From positions 8,127 to 72,126 of the forward strand of contig JAPLVZ010000012.1 in assembly GCA_026396805.1 (NCBI GenBank): a DNA stretch of 64,000 nucleotides, written 5' to 3'. The stretch is from Candidatus Falkowbacteria bacterium. GTDB lineage: Bacteria; Patescibacteriota; Patescibacteriia; Patescibacteriales; UBA12465. The notes under the pieces are model-generated. The model was not told where the DNA came from. It did no database searches and saw only the letters and a list, made by a program, of their open reading frames with translations. Below, in pieces: positions 31,586-41,289 of this stretch (its first letter is position 1; each line of letters opens with the position of its first letter). Position numbers and translations under genes: made by a program.

Positions 31586-31724
31586 CAGAATTTCCCTAAT
31601 CCGCTCTTCCGCAAACCCCTTAAATGAGGCATTCTTTTTTATTTGACTAAGCTTAACAAAAGTGATTTAATATATACAGATAATCGCCCAATAAAACAGT
31701 TGAAAAAGAACTGTTTATTTAAAT

Positions 31725-32686
31725 ATGAGAGAAAAACCGATAATTTCAATAGTGATTCCAATCTATAACGAAGCGGAGAACATTCCGAGATTTTTTAGGT
31801 CCTTGGCGCAAGTTTTGTCCGGTCTGGAAGAAAAATACGAATGGGAAATAATATTTATTGACGACGGCAGTTGTGATTCTTCGGCTGAAGAATTGCGTAA
31901 GCTTAACGACGGCCGGATCCAGGTTTTGGAATTTTCCCGTAATTTCGGGAAGGAGGCGGCGCTAAGCGCCGGCCTTAACCAGGCAAGAGGCGAAGCGGCT
32001 CTAATGATTGACGCGGATTTTCAGCATCCCTTGGAGTTAATTCCGGAGTTTATCGCCAAGTGGGAAGCGGGCGCGGAAGTCGTTATCGGTATTAGAAAGA
32101 GGAATAAGAAGGCCGGTCTGATTAAGAACGCCGGTTCTTTTATTTTTTATCGGATTATTCGCCGTATTTCAACCGTTGATATTATACCGAACGAAACGGA
32201 TTTTCGTCTAGTCGGGCGGGAAGTCATTGACGCGTTTAATCGTCTCGGCGAGTCCAAGCGGATGACTAGAGCCCTGATAGACTGGTTGGGTTTTAGACGC
32301 GATTACCTTTATTTTGAAGCGCCGGAGCGGACTAACGGTCGCGCCGGTTATAATTTTTCTAGCGGTTAGCGCTTAATAGCTTTGTTTCTCTTAGTCTTAT
32401 TCCCCTAAAACTGGTGGGATATCTGGGCATTTTCATAATACTGACAATCGGTCCTTTCGGGCTTTGTGTTATGCTAGGTAAATATGTTTTTGATTGGACA
32501 TATGCCGTCAGTTTTTCCGGTCCGGCTCAGCTCGCCCTTCTGATAGCGTTTCTTATCGGTATTGTTTTATGCTCACTCGGCTTAGTGGCTTTATATATTG
32601 CCCATATTCATAATGAAGTATTAGGCCGGCCGCTTTATATCATTCGGAGAGAAAGTAATAAAATGAATACGCATGATCAAATTTAG
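31725..32686 (+). pseudogene. GtrB/ArnC-like GT2 (polyprenol-phosphate glycosyltransferase) split by a frameshift near 32360
   Basis: IPIYNE, IDDGS, SRNFGKEAA, IDADFQHP, DFRL. After AGYNFS the family sequence RLALNSFVSLSLIPLKLVGY continues in another frame into the TM part and RPLYI. Confidence 0.8.
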
Positions 32687-33674
32687 TTTTATCATTCCGG
32701 TTAAGGCGATTAATGATTATATCCGTGAGGCCGTACCGAAGGTTTTGGAGATTAATCGGGACGATTATGAAATAATTATTTATCCGGATAAAATTGATTC
32801 CGATTTTTTCGCTTTAAAAACAAAACAAATAGCCACTGGTCATGTCGGACCGGCGGCCAAAAGAAGTTTAGCAATCAAGGATGCGCAGGGAGAAATATTA
32901 ATCTTTATTGATGATGACGCTTATCCGGAGAATAATTTTTTAGAAGTTTTGGAAAGTAATTTTAACGATATAAACATTAAAGCGGTTGGCGGACCGGCAA
33001 TTACTCCTAAGAATGATAGTTTCTGGCAAAAGGTCAGCGGCGCGGTTTTTTTAAGTCCGCTAGCCGGAGGCAATCCGGAAAGATATATGCCGGTCGGGAA
33101 AAAACGGCCGGTAAACGATTGGCCGAGCGTTAATTTCTCCATCAGAAAAAATGTTTTTACGGAGCTTAACGGTTTTGCCAGCGAATTTTGGCCGGGAGAG
33201 GACACTAAACTATGTTTGGATTTGATTAAAAAATATCCGAACGGATTAATTTATGATCCGGCGCTAATCGCCTATCATCATCGTCGCGCCGGCCTGGCCA
33301 AGCATTTGAAGCAAATCTGCGGTTATGGCCTCCACCGCGGATTTTTCGCCAAGAAATATCCGGAAACGTCTGGCAAGGTAACTTTTTGCAAGTTAAACTT
33401 TTTCTATTTTATTCCCAGCCTATTTTTATTGTTCGTTATCAGCGGCGGGGTAGCCAGCTTTTTTAACAAGATAGTTTTAGAACTATATGTCTTAGGTTGG
33501 ATAATTTACCTAATAGCCTTAATCAAGGCGATTTTTGACATTAGTCGTTACGAAAAGAATCTTCCGGTCGCCTTAAACGCCGTTTATTATATTTTCTTGA
33601 CTCACTTGGTCTACGGTTATAATTTTTTGAAAGGATTTATTTTTATTAGGAATTTGAAAAGTAAATTACGATAA
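32673..33674 (+). CDS. GT2 glycosyltransferase with C-terminal TMs
   Basis: FSFIIPV, FIDDDAYP, PGED. Confidence 0.88.
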   Translation: MIKFSFIIPVKAINDYIREAVPKVLEINRDDYEIIIYPDKIDSDFFALKTKQIATGHVGPAAKRSLAIKDAQGEILIFIDDDAYPENNFLEVLESNFNDINIKAVGGPAITPKNDSFWQKVSGAVFLSPLAGGNPERYMPVGKKRPVNDWPSVNFSIRKNVFTELNGFASEFWPGEDTKLCLDLIKKYPNGLIYDPALIAYHHRRAGLAKHLKQICGYGLHRGFFAKKYPETSGKVTFCKLNFFYFIPSLFLLFVISGGVASFFNKIVLELYVLGWIIYLIALIKAIFDISRYEKNLPVALNAVYYIFLTHLVYGYNFLKGFIFIRNLKSKLR

Positions 33675-33678
33675 TATT

Positions 33679-36621
33679 ATGAAAATATTCATCTCATATC
33701 CGCCGCTGATTTCGGAGAAAGGAATTCCGCTTTTGAGCCAGAATCGCCAATTCCAGTGGTTCAACAGCCCGACCTATATCTATCCGGTTATCCCGGCTTA
33801 TTTGGCGACCCTACTGAAAGAGGCGGGCCATGAAGTCGTCTGGGACGACGGCATCGCTGAGGGTTTGCGCTATGGAGACTGGGAGAAGCGCCTATTGTCG
33901 GCGCATCCGGATTTGATTTTTTTTGAAACCAAGACTCCAGTCGTCAAACGGCATTGGGCGATTATCAATGATCTGAAAACTAAATTAGCGGCTAAGATCG
34001 TCCTGTTGGGCGACCATGTCACGGCCGAGCCGGAAGAAAGCTTGCGTTATTCCAAAGTTGACTATGTCCTGGCCGGGGGCGACTATGATTTCGGCGGCTT
34101 GAACCTGGTTCGGTTTTTAGCCGGCGAAGCGGAACTGGAGCCGGGCTGGCACTGGCGGACGGGTGGCGAGTGGCAGGCGACGAGCGACAATCAGGAGATT
34201 AACTGGCGGGACGGAGAATTCAAGGCTTTGAAAGCCGCATCTAGCGGCGAGAGGCAGAATTATGCCGCCCAGAATCTAGATACCTTGCCCATGATTGACC
34301 GCGAGCTGACCAATTGGCGGCTTTATGCCTATAAGAATGGCAATTTTAAATACATGCCCGGCGCCTATCTGATGAACGCCCGCGATTGTTGGTGGGGGAG
34401 GTGTAGTTTCTGCTTGACCGGTGAAGCGCAAGTTTTAACCATCAAAGGCGCTAAAAATATAGCGGATATAGAAAAAGGAGATCGAGTTTTAACCCATTTG
34501 GGAAATTATAAAAAAGTTAATGAAACTTTAAAAAGAAATTATGAGGGCGAACTGATCGAGATAAAGACTAATTGTCTTATGCCTTTTAAAATAACGCCGA
34601 ATCATCAAGTGCTTAACTTGCCCTTGAAAGATTTAAGCCGTTGTTTAAAAGTTGGCCAGGCCGGCTATCTTTGTAAAAGCAATAATGATTTTTCTAAGCG
34701 CTTAGATTGCGCTAATTGCGAGCTCCCTAAACCCTATTTAAATTATAAGCCACAATATATAGAAGCGGGACAGATCAGTAAGGGCGATTATCTAGCCGTA
34801 CCGATAAACAGAGAAATTATTAAAACTGCCAAGTTAGATTTGAAAAAAATATTAAATCTACAACCAACAATCATCAACACTTGGAAAAAAATTGCCGATT
34901 CGCTTATCAAAGAGATTTTAACTCTTAACCAGCAAGGTAAAAGCGAAAGAGATATTTCAGTTCTTCTTAAAATTGACCGAGAAACCGTTCATCGCTATAT
35001 ATCTTTAGAAAAAGCCGAGCAATTAATCAATAAAAGTAATCCGCTTAAATATAAAGGTGGAAAAATAAGTTTTGAGGGAGGAAAAAATTGGCTGCCGGCG
35101 GACATAGTTTTAAAAGATGATGTTTATAGATTATTTGGTTATTACTTGGCGGAGGGCTGCGTTTCTAAACTAAAGAATCGGCCGAATTCCCTGGTTATCA
35201 GCCTTACTTTTAATCAGAAAGAGCGGGAATATATTGCCGATGTTAAAAAAATATTTGAAGATATTTTTAAGGTTGAGGTTAATATTAATCAGAATAAAGT
35301 TAACCATACAACCCAAATTACAGTCGGAAATTCTTTGCTGGCCAAAGTATTTAAGAATTTATTCGGCGATAATTGTTATAATAAAAGTCTGCCGGAATTT
35401 ATTATGAAGGCCGAGAGAGTAAAACAAGTAGAACTACTGCGCGGAATTTTTCGGGGTGATGCTCATTATCGACAGAGAGGAACTAGAGCGGAATATATTT
35501 TAAGTTCGGCCTCGGACAGCCTGTCGTCCCAATTAGTCATGCTTCTTTTAAGATGTTCGGCTATACCGAGCGTGAGGCGGACTAAGATAAGGGGGAAAAT
35601 GACTAAAGAACAAAATATTATTACTCTTTCCAGTATTGATATTATTAATTTGTTTGCCGAGAAAAAAAGGGTGGAAAAAGTTGAATCGCTTTATAAAAAA
35701 GGCTTTATTATCGGAAATTATGCTTATTTACCCGTAACGCGACTAAAAAAAGAGCAATATAAAGGAGCGGTCTATAATCTATCGGTTGATAAAGACCATA
35801 GCTACACGGCTAATTTTGTCGGCGTCAGTAATTGTTCCTGGACCACGCTTTTCCCCGGGCAGACTTTCCGCGTCCGCTCGGCCCGTTTGGCCTTGGATGA
35901 AGTCGGCCAGCTGATTGATTTGGGCGTCAAGGAAATCATGGAAGATTCCGGCACCTTGCCGGTCGGCCCTTGGCTGGAAGAATTTTGTAACGGCATGATA
36001 GAGCGCGGCTACAATAAAAAGATCGTCATGAGTTGTAATATGCGCATCAGCGGAATTAAGGATCCCGAAATCTGGAAGCTAATGAAGCGTGCCGGTTTTC
36101 GCTTTATCTTATTCGGTTTAGAATCGGCTAATCAAAAAACCTTAGACGCGATTAATAAAAATCTGAAAGTTGAAGAAATTGAACCGGGGCTAAGAATGTG
36201 CAAGGAGGCCGGTTTAGAGCCTCATATTACCGCCATGATCGGCTATCCTTGGGAAACTTATGAAGACGCTAAAAAAACCGTGGAATTAGCGAAGGATTTA
36301 TTTAAAAAGAACTGCGTTAATACCCTTCAGGGCACGGTTTTAATTCCATATCCGGGCACGCCGCTTTATGCGAAATGCTGGGCGGAAGGTTTATTGAATT
36401 TTACCGATTATGATCGTTTTGATCAAAGGGAGCAGGTTATGAAATGCCCCTTAACGACTGAACAAGTCAAGGAACTCACCCAGGGGCTATATAAGGCCTT
36501 TATGAGCCCTAAATTCGTCATTAATAAGCTAAAATCAATCAGAAGCTGGAGTGATATTAAATTCTTATGGATGGCCGGGATGAAGGTTCTAGGGCATTTG
36601 ACTGATTTCAGCAAGAAATAA
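33679..36621 (+). CDS. B12-binding-domain radical SAM protein, intein-containing
   Basis: N-terminal cobalamin-binding-like domain; CWWGRCSF|intein|C reconstitutes CxxxCxxC; FGLESANQKTL, MIGYPWET, PYPGTPLY. Confidence 0.9.
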   Translation: MKIFISYPPLISEKGIPLLSQNRQFQWFNSPTYIYPVIPAYLATLLKEAGHEVVWDDGIAEGLRYGDWEKRLLSAHPDLIFFETKTPVVKRHWAIINDLKTKLAAKIVLLGDHVTAEPEESLRYSKVDYVLAGGDYDFGGLNLVRFLAGEAELEPGWHWRTGGEWQATSDNQEINWRDGEFKALKAASSGERQNYAAQNLDTLPMIDRELTNWRLYAYKNGNFKYMPGAYLMNARDCWWGRCSFCLTGEAQVLTIKGAKNIADIEKGDRVLTHLGNYKKVNETLKRNYEGELIEIKTNCLMPFKITPNHQVLNLPLKDLSRCLKVGQAGYLCKSNNDFSKRLDCANCELPKPYLNYKPQYIEAGQISKGDYLAVPINREIIKTAKLDLKKILNLQPTIINTWKKIADSLIKEILTLNQQGKSERDISVLLKIDRETVHRYISLEKAEQLINKSNPLKYKGGKISFEGGKNWLPADIVLKDDVYRLFGYYLAEGCVSKLKNRPNSLVISLTFNQKEREYIADVKKIFEDIFKVEVNINQNKVNHTTQITVGNSLLAKVFKNLFGDNCYNKSLPEFIMKAERVKQVELLRGIFRGDAHYRQRGTRAEYILSSASDSLSSQLVMLLLRCSAIPSVRRTKIRGKMTKEQNIITLSSIDIINLFAEKKRVEKVESLYKKGFIIGNYAYLPVTRLKKEQYKGAVYNLSVDKDHSYTANFVGVSNCSWTTLFPGQTFRVRSARLALDEVGQLIDLGVKEIMEDSGTLPVGPWLEEFCNGMIERGYNKKIVMSCNMRISGIKDPEIWKLMKRAGFRFILFGLESANQKTLDAINKNLKVEEIEPGLRMCKEAGLEPHITAMIGYPWETYEDAKKTVELAKDLFKKNCVNTLQGTVLIPYPGTPLYAKCWAEGLLNFTDYDRFDQREQVMKCPLTTEQVKELTQGLYKAFMSPKFVINKLKSIRSWSDIKFLWMAGMKVLGHLTDFSKK
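34411..35832 (+). mobile_element. 474-aa intein with LAGLIDADG endonuclease inside the radical SAM CxxxCxxC motif
   Basis: CLTGEA...TPNH...VYNLSV...SYTANFVGVSN|C; LFGYYLAEGC and LRGIFRGDA. Confidence 0.93.
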
Positions 36622-36725
36622 TTGGCTAATTCTAGTTAACATTTTGCTGTTTGGTAAATCTGTAATATAATTATTACATAAATGCGTAAATTTGTAATAG
36701 TTTCATTTGACATTTGAAAGACAAT

Positions 36726-36783
36726 AATATATACTAAAATTGATGTTTAAACATCAAAAATATATACTAAAATTGCTGTTTAA
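36726..36783 (+). promoter_or_regulatory. Direct repeat with an embedded 18-bp perfect palindrome upstream of the AAA gene
   Basis: AATATATACTAAAATTG(A/C)TGTTTAA twice; TTGATGTTTAAACATCAA at 36740-36757. Confidence 0.6.
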
Positions 36784-36806
36784 TATTTTCTAATTTTAAT
36801 GATTTT

Positions 36807-37940
36807 ATGGAAAATAAGCAAATAAAACGTGATATTGAAAAAAATATCAGAGATTGGTTATTTAAAGGTAAAATAATCATTCTTTATGGCGCGCGCCAAG
36901 TTGGTAAAACAACCTTGGCTAAAAAGCTTTTAAGAGAGCATGGTCGTCCGACAGATTATTTTAATTGCGAAATTTCCTCCATCAGATCGGCCTTGGAAAA
37001 AGAAGATCCGACAGCCTTAAAAAAGTTTTTAGGCGACGGTCGTTTGATTGTTTTAGATGAAGCGCAAAAAGTAAGTAATATCGGATTAATTTTAAAACTC
37101 CTGTTAGATACCTATCCGAATATACAGATTGTCGCCACCGGTTCATCTTCTTTTGATTTGGCCAATCAAGTTAATGAGCCCTTGACCGGCCGCGCCTTAG
37201 AATTCACGCTTTATCCTTTTTCATTGCGTGAACTTAAAAATTTCTATAAAAATTATGAGCTTGAAGGGCAATTGGAAAATTTATTGATTTATGGATTATA
37301 TCCGGAAATAGTAAAAAGCGATTCGACCAACGCTCGCCAGCTTTTAGATAATTTAAGCAATAAATATTTGTATCAAGATATTTTAATTTTTAATCGGATT
37401 AAAAAGTCCGGTTTGATTGTTAAATTACTGCAGCTCTTAGCTTTGCAGATCGGGAACGAGGTATCGATTAATGAATTGGCCGTTAATCTGCAATGCAGTC
37501 GCGATACGGTTGTTAATTATTTGGATATTTTGGAAAAAGCGTTTATTATTTTCCGTCTGCGCGCCTATAGCCGGAATCAGCGTAAGGAAATCGTCAAAAA
37601 ACAAAAAATTTATTTTGTTGATTTGGGAATCAGGAATAGTTTAATCAGCCGTTATAATGAACTGGCGGTTCGTGATGATGTCGGCGCTTTATGGGAAAAT
37701 TTTTGTATTATTGAGCGTTTGAAAAAAATTCAGGCCGATAATTTATATTGTCAAAAATATTTTTGGCGCGCAATCAGTCAAAAGAAAGTTGATTATGTAG
37801 AAGAATACAACGATCGTCTGGACGGTTATGAATTTAAATGGGGTAAAGGCAAGGCGTCGGCGCCTAAAGAATTTTTAGCTTATAAAAACAGTCGCGTTAA
37901 TTTGATAAATCGTGATAATTACCAAGAATTTTTAACATAG
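36807..37940 (+). CDS. AAA_14 + DUF4143 family ATPase
   Basis: GARQVGKTT, LDEAQ, ATGSS, EPLTGR, KIYFVDLGIRN, GALWEN, YEFKW. Confidence 0.9.
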   Translation: MENKQIKRDIEKNIRDWLFKGKIIILYGARQVGKTTLAKKLLREHGRPTDYFNCEISSIRSALEKEDPTALKKFLGDGRLIVLDEAQKVSNIGLILKLLLDTYPNIQIVATGSSSFDLANQVNEPLTGRALEFTLYPFSLRELKNFYKNYELEGQLENLLIYGLYPEIVKSDSTNARQLLDNLSNKYLYQDILIFNRIKKSGLIVKLLQLLALQIGNEVSINELAVNLQCSRDTVVNYLDILEKAFIIFRLRAYSRNQRKEIVKKQKIYFVDLGIRNSLISRYNELAVRDDVGALWENFCIIERLKKIQADNLYCQKYFWRAISQKKVDYVEEYNDRLDGYEFKWGKGKASAPKEFLAYKNSRVNLINRDNYQEFLT

Positions 37941-38070
37941 ACCTGTCGCCAATGCTAGACCGGATTTGCAAAAGATGAGCGTAGAGCAGAGAATTAAGGA
38001 GCATAAAAATGTCCCTGAAAATGTCCCTGAAACTACCCAGAAAATTATTGGGAGCTAATAAAATAGTATT

Positions 38071-38562
38071 ATGGAAAACCTAAATTCACAAATTGTAATA
38101 TATAAAGATCAAAATGGACATATCAAAATCGATGTTCGTTTTGATGGTGATACTGTCTGGCTGACCCAAGATCTTATATCAATTTTATTTAATAAAGCAA
38201 AATCTACTATAAACGAACATATAAAAAATATATATGCTGAAAGTGAGTTGTCAGAGCTAAGTTCAATGAGAAAATTCGGAAATTCCGAATTTTCTACAAA
38301 ACCTACTAATTATTACAACTTAGACCTAATTATCGCTGTTGGCTATCGGGTAAAATCACCCCAAGGCACTATTTTCCGCAAATGGGCCACCGAGAGGCTC
38401 TCGGAATATATTGTTAAGGGTTTTGTATTAGATGATGAGAGGTTAAAAAACCCGGATTTGCCGTTTGATTATTTTGAGGAATTAACCCGTCGCCTTGCGG
38501 ATATTCGCACAGAAATCTTGATGATATTAAATTTTTGTGGCGGGCGGGAACGAAGGTATTAG
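38071..38562 (+). pseudogene. RhuM-family gene truncated at about 38510
   Basis: TVWLTQ, YNLDLIIAVGYRVKS, FRKWAT, GFVLDDERLK, YFEELTRRLADIRT, then unrelated sequence. Confidence 0.82.
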
Positions 38563-38588
38563 GGCATTTGATGGATCTTAGAGAGTAG
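38511..38588 (+). pseudogene. Diverged second copy of the radical SAM 3' end
   Basis: RNLDDIKFLWRAGTKVLGHLMDLRE* versus RSWSDIKFLWMAGMKVLGHLTDFSKK* at 36541-36621. Confidence 0.85.
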
Positions 38589-38614
38589 ATTTAATATAAA
38601 GGACTACAGTGACT

Positions 38615-39325
38615 ATGCATTTAAATTCTTTAAAGGATAGATTGAATAATCCTAAAATCTCAGTTATAGAAATTTCTCAAAGAAATTGTTTTATTGATTG
38701 GTTGCAGAAATTGGAATTACCCCGAGATAGCAAAGCTTTATCTGTTTCGGTTGGTGATGGAGTATGGGATTATCTAGCTTTTTCAAATAATAAAAATATA
38801 ACGAAGATTATCGCCACTGATATAGTCGAAAATCCCGTCAATCAAGATGATGTCGCGGCTCTTAACACTATCGGGAAATGGGAATTTGAGAAAGTTTCAG
38901 CAGAAAAACCGTTACCATTTCCCGCCGAATCCTTTAATTTAATATTTCATCAAGATGTTATTGAACACGTTGAAAAACCGTTCTTATTCCTTTCCGAACA
39001 GTACAGAGTTTTGAGAAAAGGTGGAACACTAATATTTGGCACACCAAATTTATTTAGACCAGCCAATCTACTGAAATTGATTTTCGGAAAATTAAAATTT
39101 CCTGTCAAAATCGGTTATAATTTAGAAATAGGAGATTATATACATATCCAGGAATTTTATGAGCAACAGGTCAAGATATTACTTCAAGAAGTTGGGTTTG
39201 AAAATATTGCTGTTAAATATTGTTTTTTTGGAATTCATCCATTAAACATAACGGTAAGCAAATATCCAACAAGTAAAATCGGGAGAAGTCTGTGCCATTA
39301 TTTAATGTTCAACTGCCGCAAATAG
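38615..39325 (+). CDS. Class I SAM-dependent methyltransferase
   Basis: Variant motif I LSVSVGDG, LPFPAESFN, DVIEHV, RVLRKGG...TPN. Confidence 0.82.
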   Translation: MHLNSLKDRLNNPKISVIEISQRNCFIDWLQKLELPRDSKALSVSVGDGVWDYLAFSNNKNITKIIATDIVENPVNQDDVAALNTIGKWEFEKVSAEKPLPFPAESFNLIFHQDVIEHVEKPFLFLSEQYRVLRKGGTLIFGTPNLFRPANLLKLIFGKLKFPVKIGYNLEIGDYIHIQEFYEQQVKILLQEVGFENIAVKYCFFGIHPLNITVSKYPTSKIGRSLCHYLMFNCRK

Positions 39326-39373
39326 TAATTTAAAGTAGCTTACCGCCAAATGTTAAAATGAAATAATTTTTTT

Positions 39374-40210
39374 ATGAATCCTTTAGTTTCCGTGGTAATT
39401 ACCACTAAAAACGAAGAACCCAATATTGAAAATTGTCTAAGGTCGATTAAAGACCAGGCTTATTCTAATCTGGAAGTTATCGTCGTGGATAATAATTCTA
39501 GTGATCAGACTAAAGAAATTGCCGGTCAGTATACGAAATTAGTCTTTGATTTATCAAAAGAGACTGATTTGATAGAAATTAAAAATTATCGCGGCGCCCA
39601 ATTAAATTTTGGCGTCGGTCGAGCTAAAGGAGAAATTATTTTTTTCCCCGATGCAGATATGACTTTTTCCAAAGATTTGATAATGGAGGCGACAAAAAAA
39701 TTGAAAGAGTTTGACGCTCTTTATGTTCCAGAGATTATTTGTGGGAAAAGGCTCTTTGGCAAAATCAGAAATTTTGAAAGAAGTTTTTATAACAAAACTT
39801 GTATTGACGGAATCAGAATAATAAAAAAAGATTTGTTTCTAAAAGTTGGAGGATTCGATGTCAAGAATATCGTTTTTGGCCCTGATGACTGGGATTTCAC
39901 TAAAACATTGAAACGGATAAATTGTAACCTAGAAATTACAGATCAGGTATTGTATCATCATGAAGAATGGTTAACTTTAAAAGTTTATTTAAATAAGAAG
40001 AGTAAGTATGTCAGCACTTTCGACGGTTACGTAAATAAATGGGGTAAGAATGATAATGATATTAAAAAACAACTTGGCTTCAGTTATCGATATTTTGGGG
40101 TATTTTTTGAGAATGGCAAATGGAAAAAAATTATTAAGCACCCTATTTTAAGTGCCGGTATGTATGTAATAAGATTTTTAGTTGGGTTAAAGTTTGTATT
40201 TCGGTCATAA
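39374..40210 (+). CDS. GT2 glycosyltransferase
   Basis: VSVVITTKNEE, VVDNNSSD, FPDAD, GGFD. Confidence 0.9.
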   Translation: MNPLVSVVITTKNEEPNIENCLRSIKDQAYSNLEVIVVDNNSSDQTKEIAGQYTKLVFDLSKETDLIEIKNYRGAQLNFGVGRAKGEIIFFPDADMTFSKDLIMEATKKLKEFDALYVPEIICGKRLFGKIRNFERSFYNKTCIDGIRIIKKDLFLKVGGFDVKNIVFGPDDWDFTKTLKRINCNLEITDQVLYHHEEWLTLKVYLNKKSKYVSTFDGYVNKWGKNDNDIKKQLGFSYRYFGVFFENGKWKKIIKHPILSAGMYVIRFLVGLKFVFRS

Positions 40211-40224
40211 TTTTGAATTATTTT

Positions 40225-41235
40225 ATGTTTGATTTGAAGTTTAGCGTCTTGTTGCCAACTTATAATGGCGCCAAGGTCATAGAAGAAACATTAAAAAGCC
40301 TTTTATCTCAAGGGTTTGATAATTTTGAAGTTATAGTACAAGATGACGCTTCAAAAGATAATATTGAAGAAATAATTAAGGCCGTTAATGATAAAAGAAT
40401 ACTTTTCTATAAAAATACGGCCAACTTGGGTTATCCAAAAAATTTGGAAAGTTTGCGAAAAAAAGCTTCAGGTGATATAATTTTTTTACTCGGGCAAGAC
40501 GATATTTTAGCGACGGGAGCCCTAATGAACACCTATAAAGCTTTTAAAATATCTGAAGACATTGGTGCCGTTACCAGACCTTATTATTGGTTCGATAAAG
40601 ACGTGAGAATCCCCGTGCGTGCCAAAGGTCAGCTGAACAAAGACAAAGACGAAGTGGTCAATATTACCGATGAAGCTGGGAGGGTAATAAAAGTTTTTCA
40701 AACATTGGATCAATTATCAGGTTTGGCCTTGCGGAAAAAGTATATAGACCTGCCGTTCCATCCCGATATTTTTCCTTGTCATGTTTACCCCTTTGCCTCA
40801 ATTTTTAAAAAGTATCCGATTGTTTTTTTAAAAGATTATAATTTGGCGGTTAGAATTAGTTCCAGCCAAACTCGGTTAATTTCTTCAATTTATGATAAAT
40901 CGCCCATCCAAAGCTGGAAAGACATGTTTGTTAGTGTTTTTTATGAGCCAGAGTTTAAAAAAATAAGAGAAGAGTGTATACGAAATTTTGTCGCCGTTAA
41001 TTATGTTGGCTTAGTGCAAATAAGAAATTATGCAAAATTTCGATATTTGTTGAGAGAAACATGGTATTTAGTAAAATATCGCTGGCAAAATATTTTTAGT
41101 TTACAATTTTGGTTTTTTAGTTTAGGGTGTTTAATAATGCCTTCGTCTTTACTAATCCCGTTAGTTGATTGGTATAAAGAAAAGATAAATTCCCGGAGAT
41201 TAAAAGGGAAGGCGCAGTGCGTGTCGTTGTCATGA
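40225..41235 (+). CDS. GT2 glycosyltransferase
   Basis: FSVLLPTYN, QDDAS, LGQDD. Confidence 0.88.
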   Translation: MFDLKFSVLLPTYNGAKVIEETLKSLLSQGFDNFEVIVQDDASKDNIEEIIKAVNDKRILFYKNTANLGYPKNLESLRKKASGDIIFLLGQDDILATGALMNTYKAFKISEDIGAVTRPYYWFDKDVRIPVRAKGQLNKDKDEVVNITDEAGRVIKVFQTLDQLSGLALRKKYIDLPFHPDIFPCHVYPFASIFKKYPIVFLKDYNLAVRISSSQTRLISSIYDKSPIQSWKDMFVSVFYEPEFKKIREECIRNFVAVNYVGLVQIRNYAKFRYLLRETWYLVKYRWQNIFSLQFWFFSLGCLIMPSSLLIPLVDWYKEKINSRRLKGKAQCVSLS

Positions 41236-41289
41236 TGTTTTCTAAATATCATTCGTTTTAATTAGAATTATTTTTAAAATTAATATATT

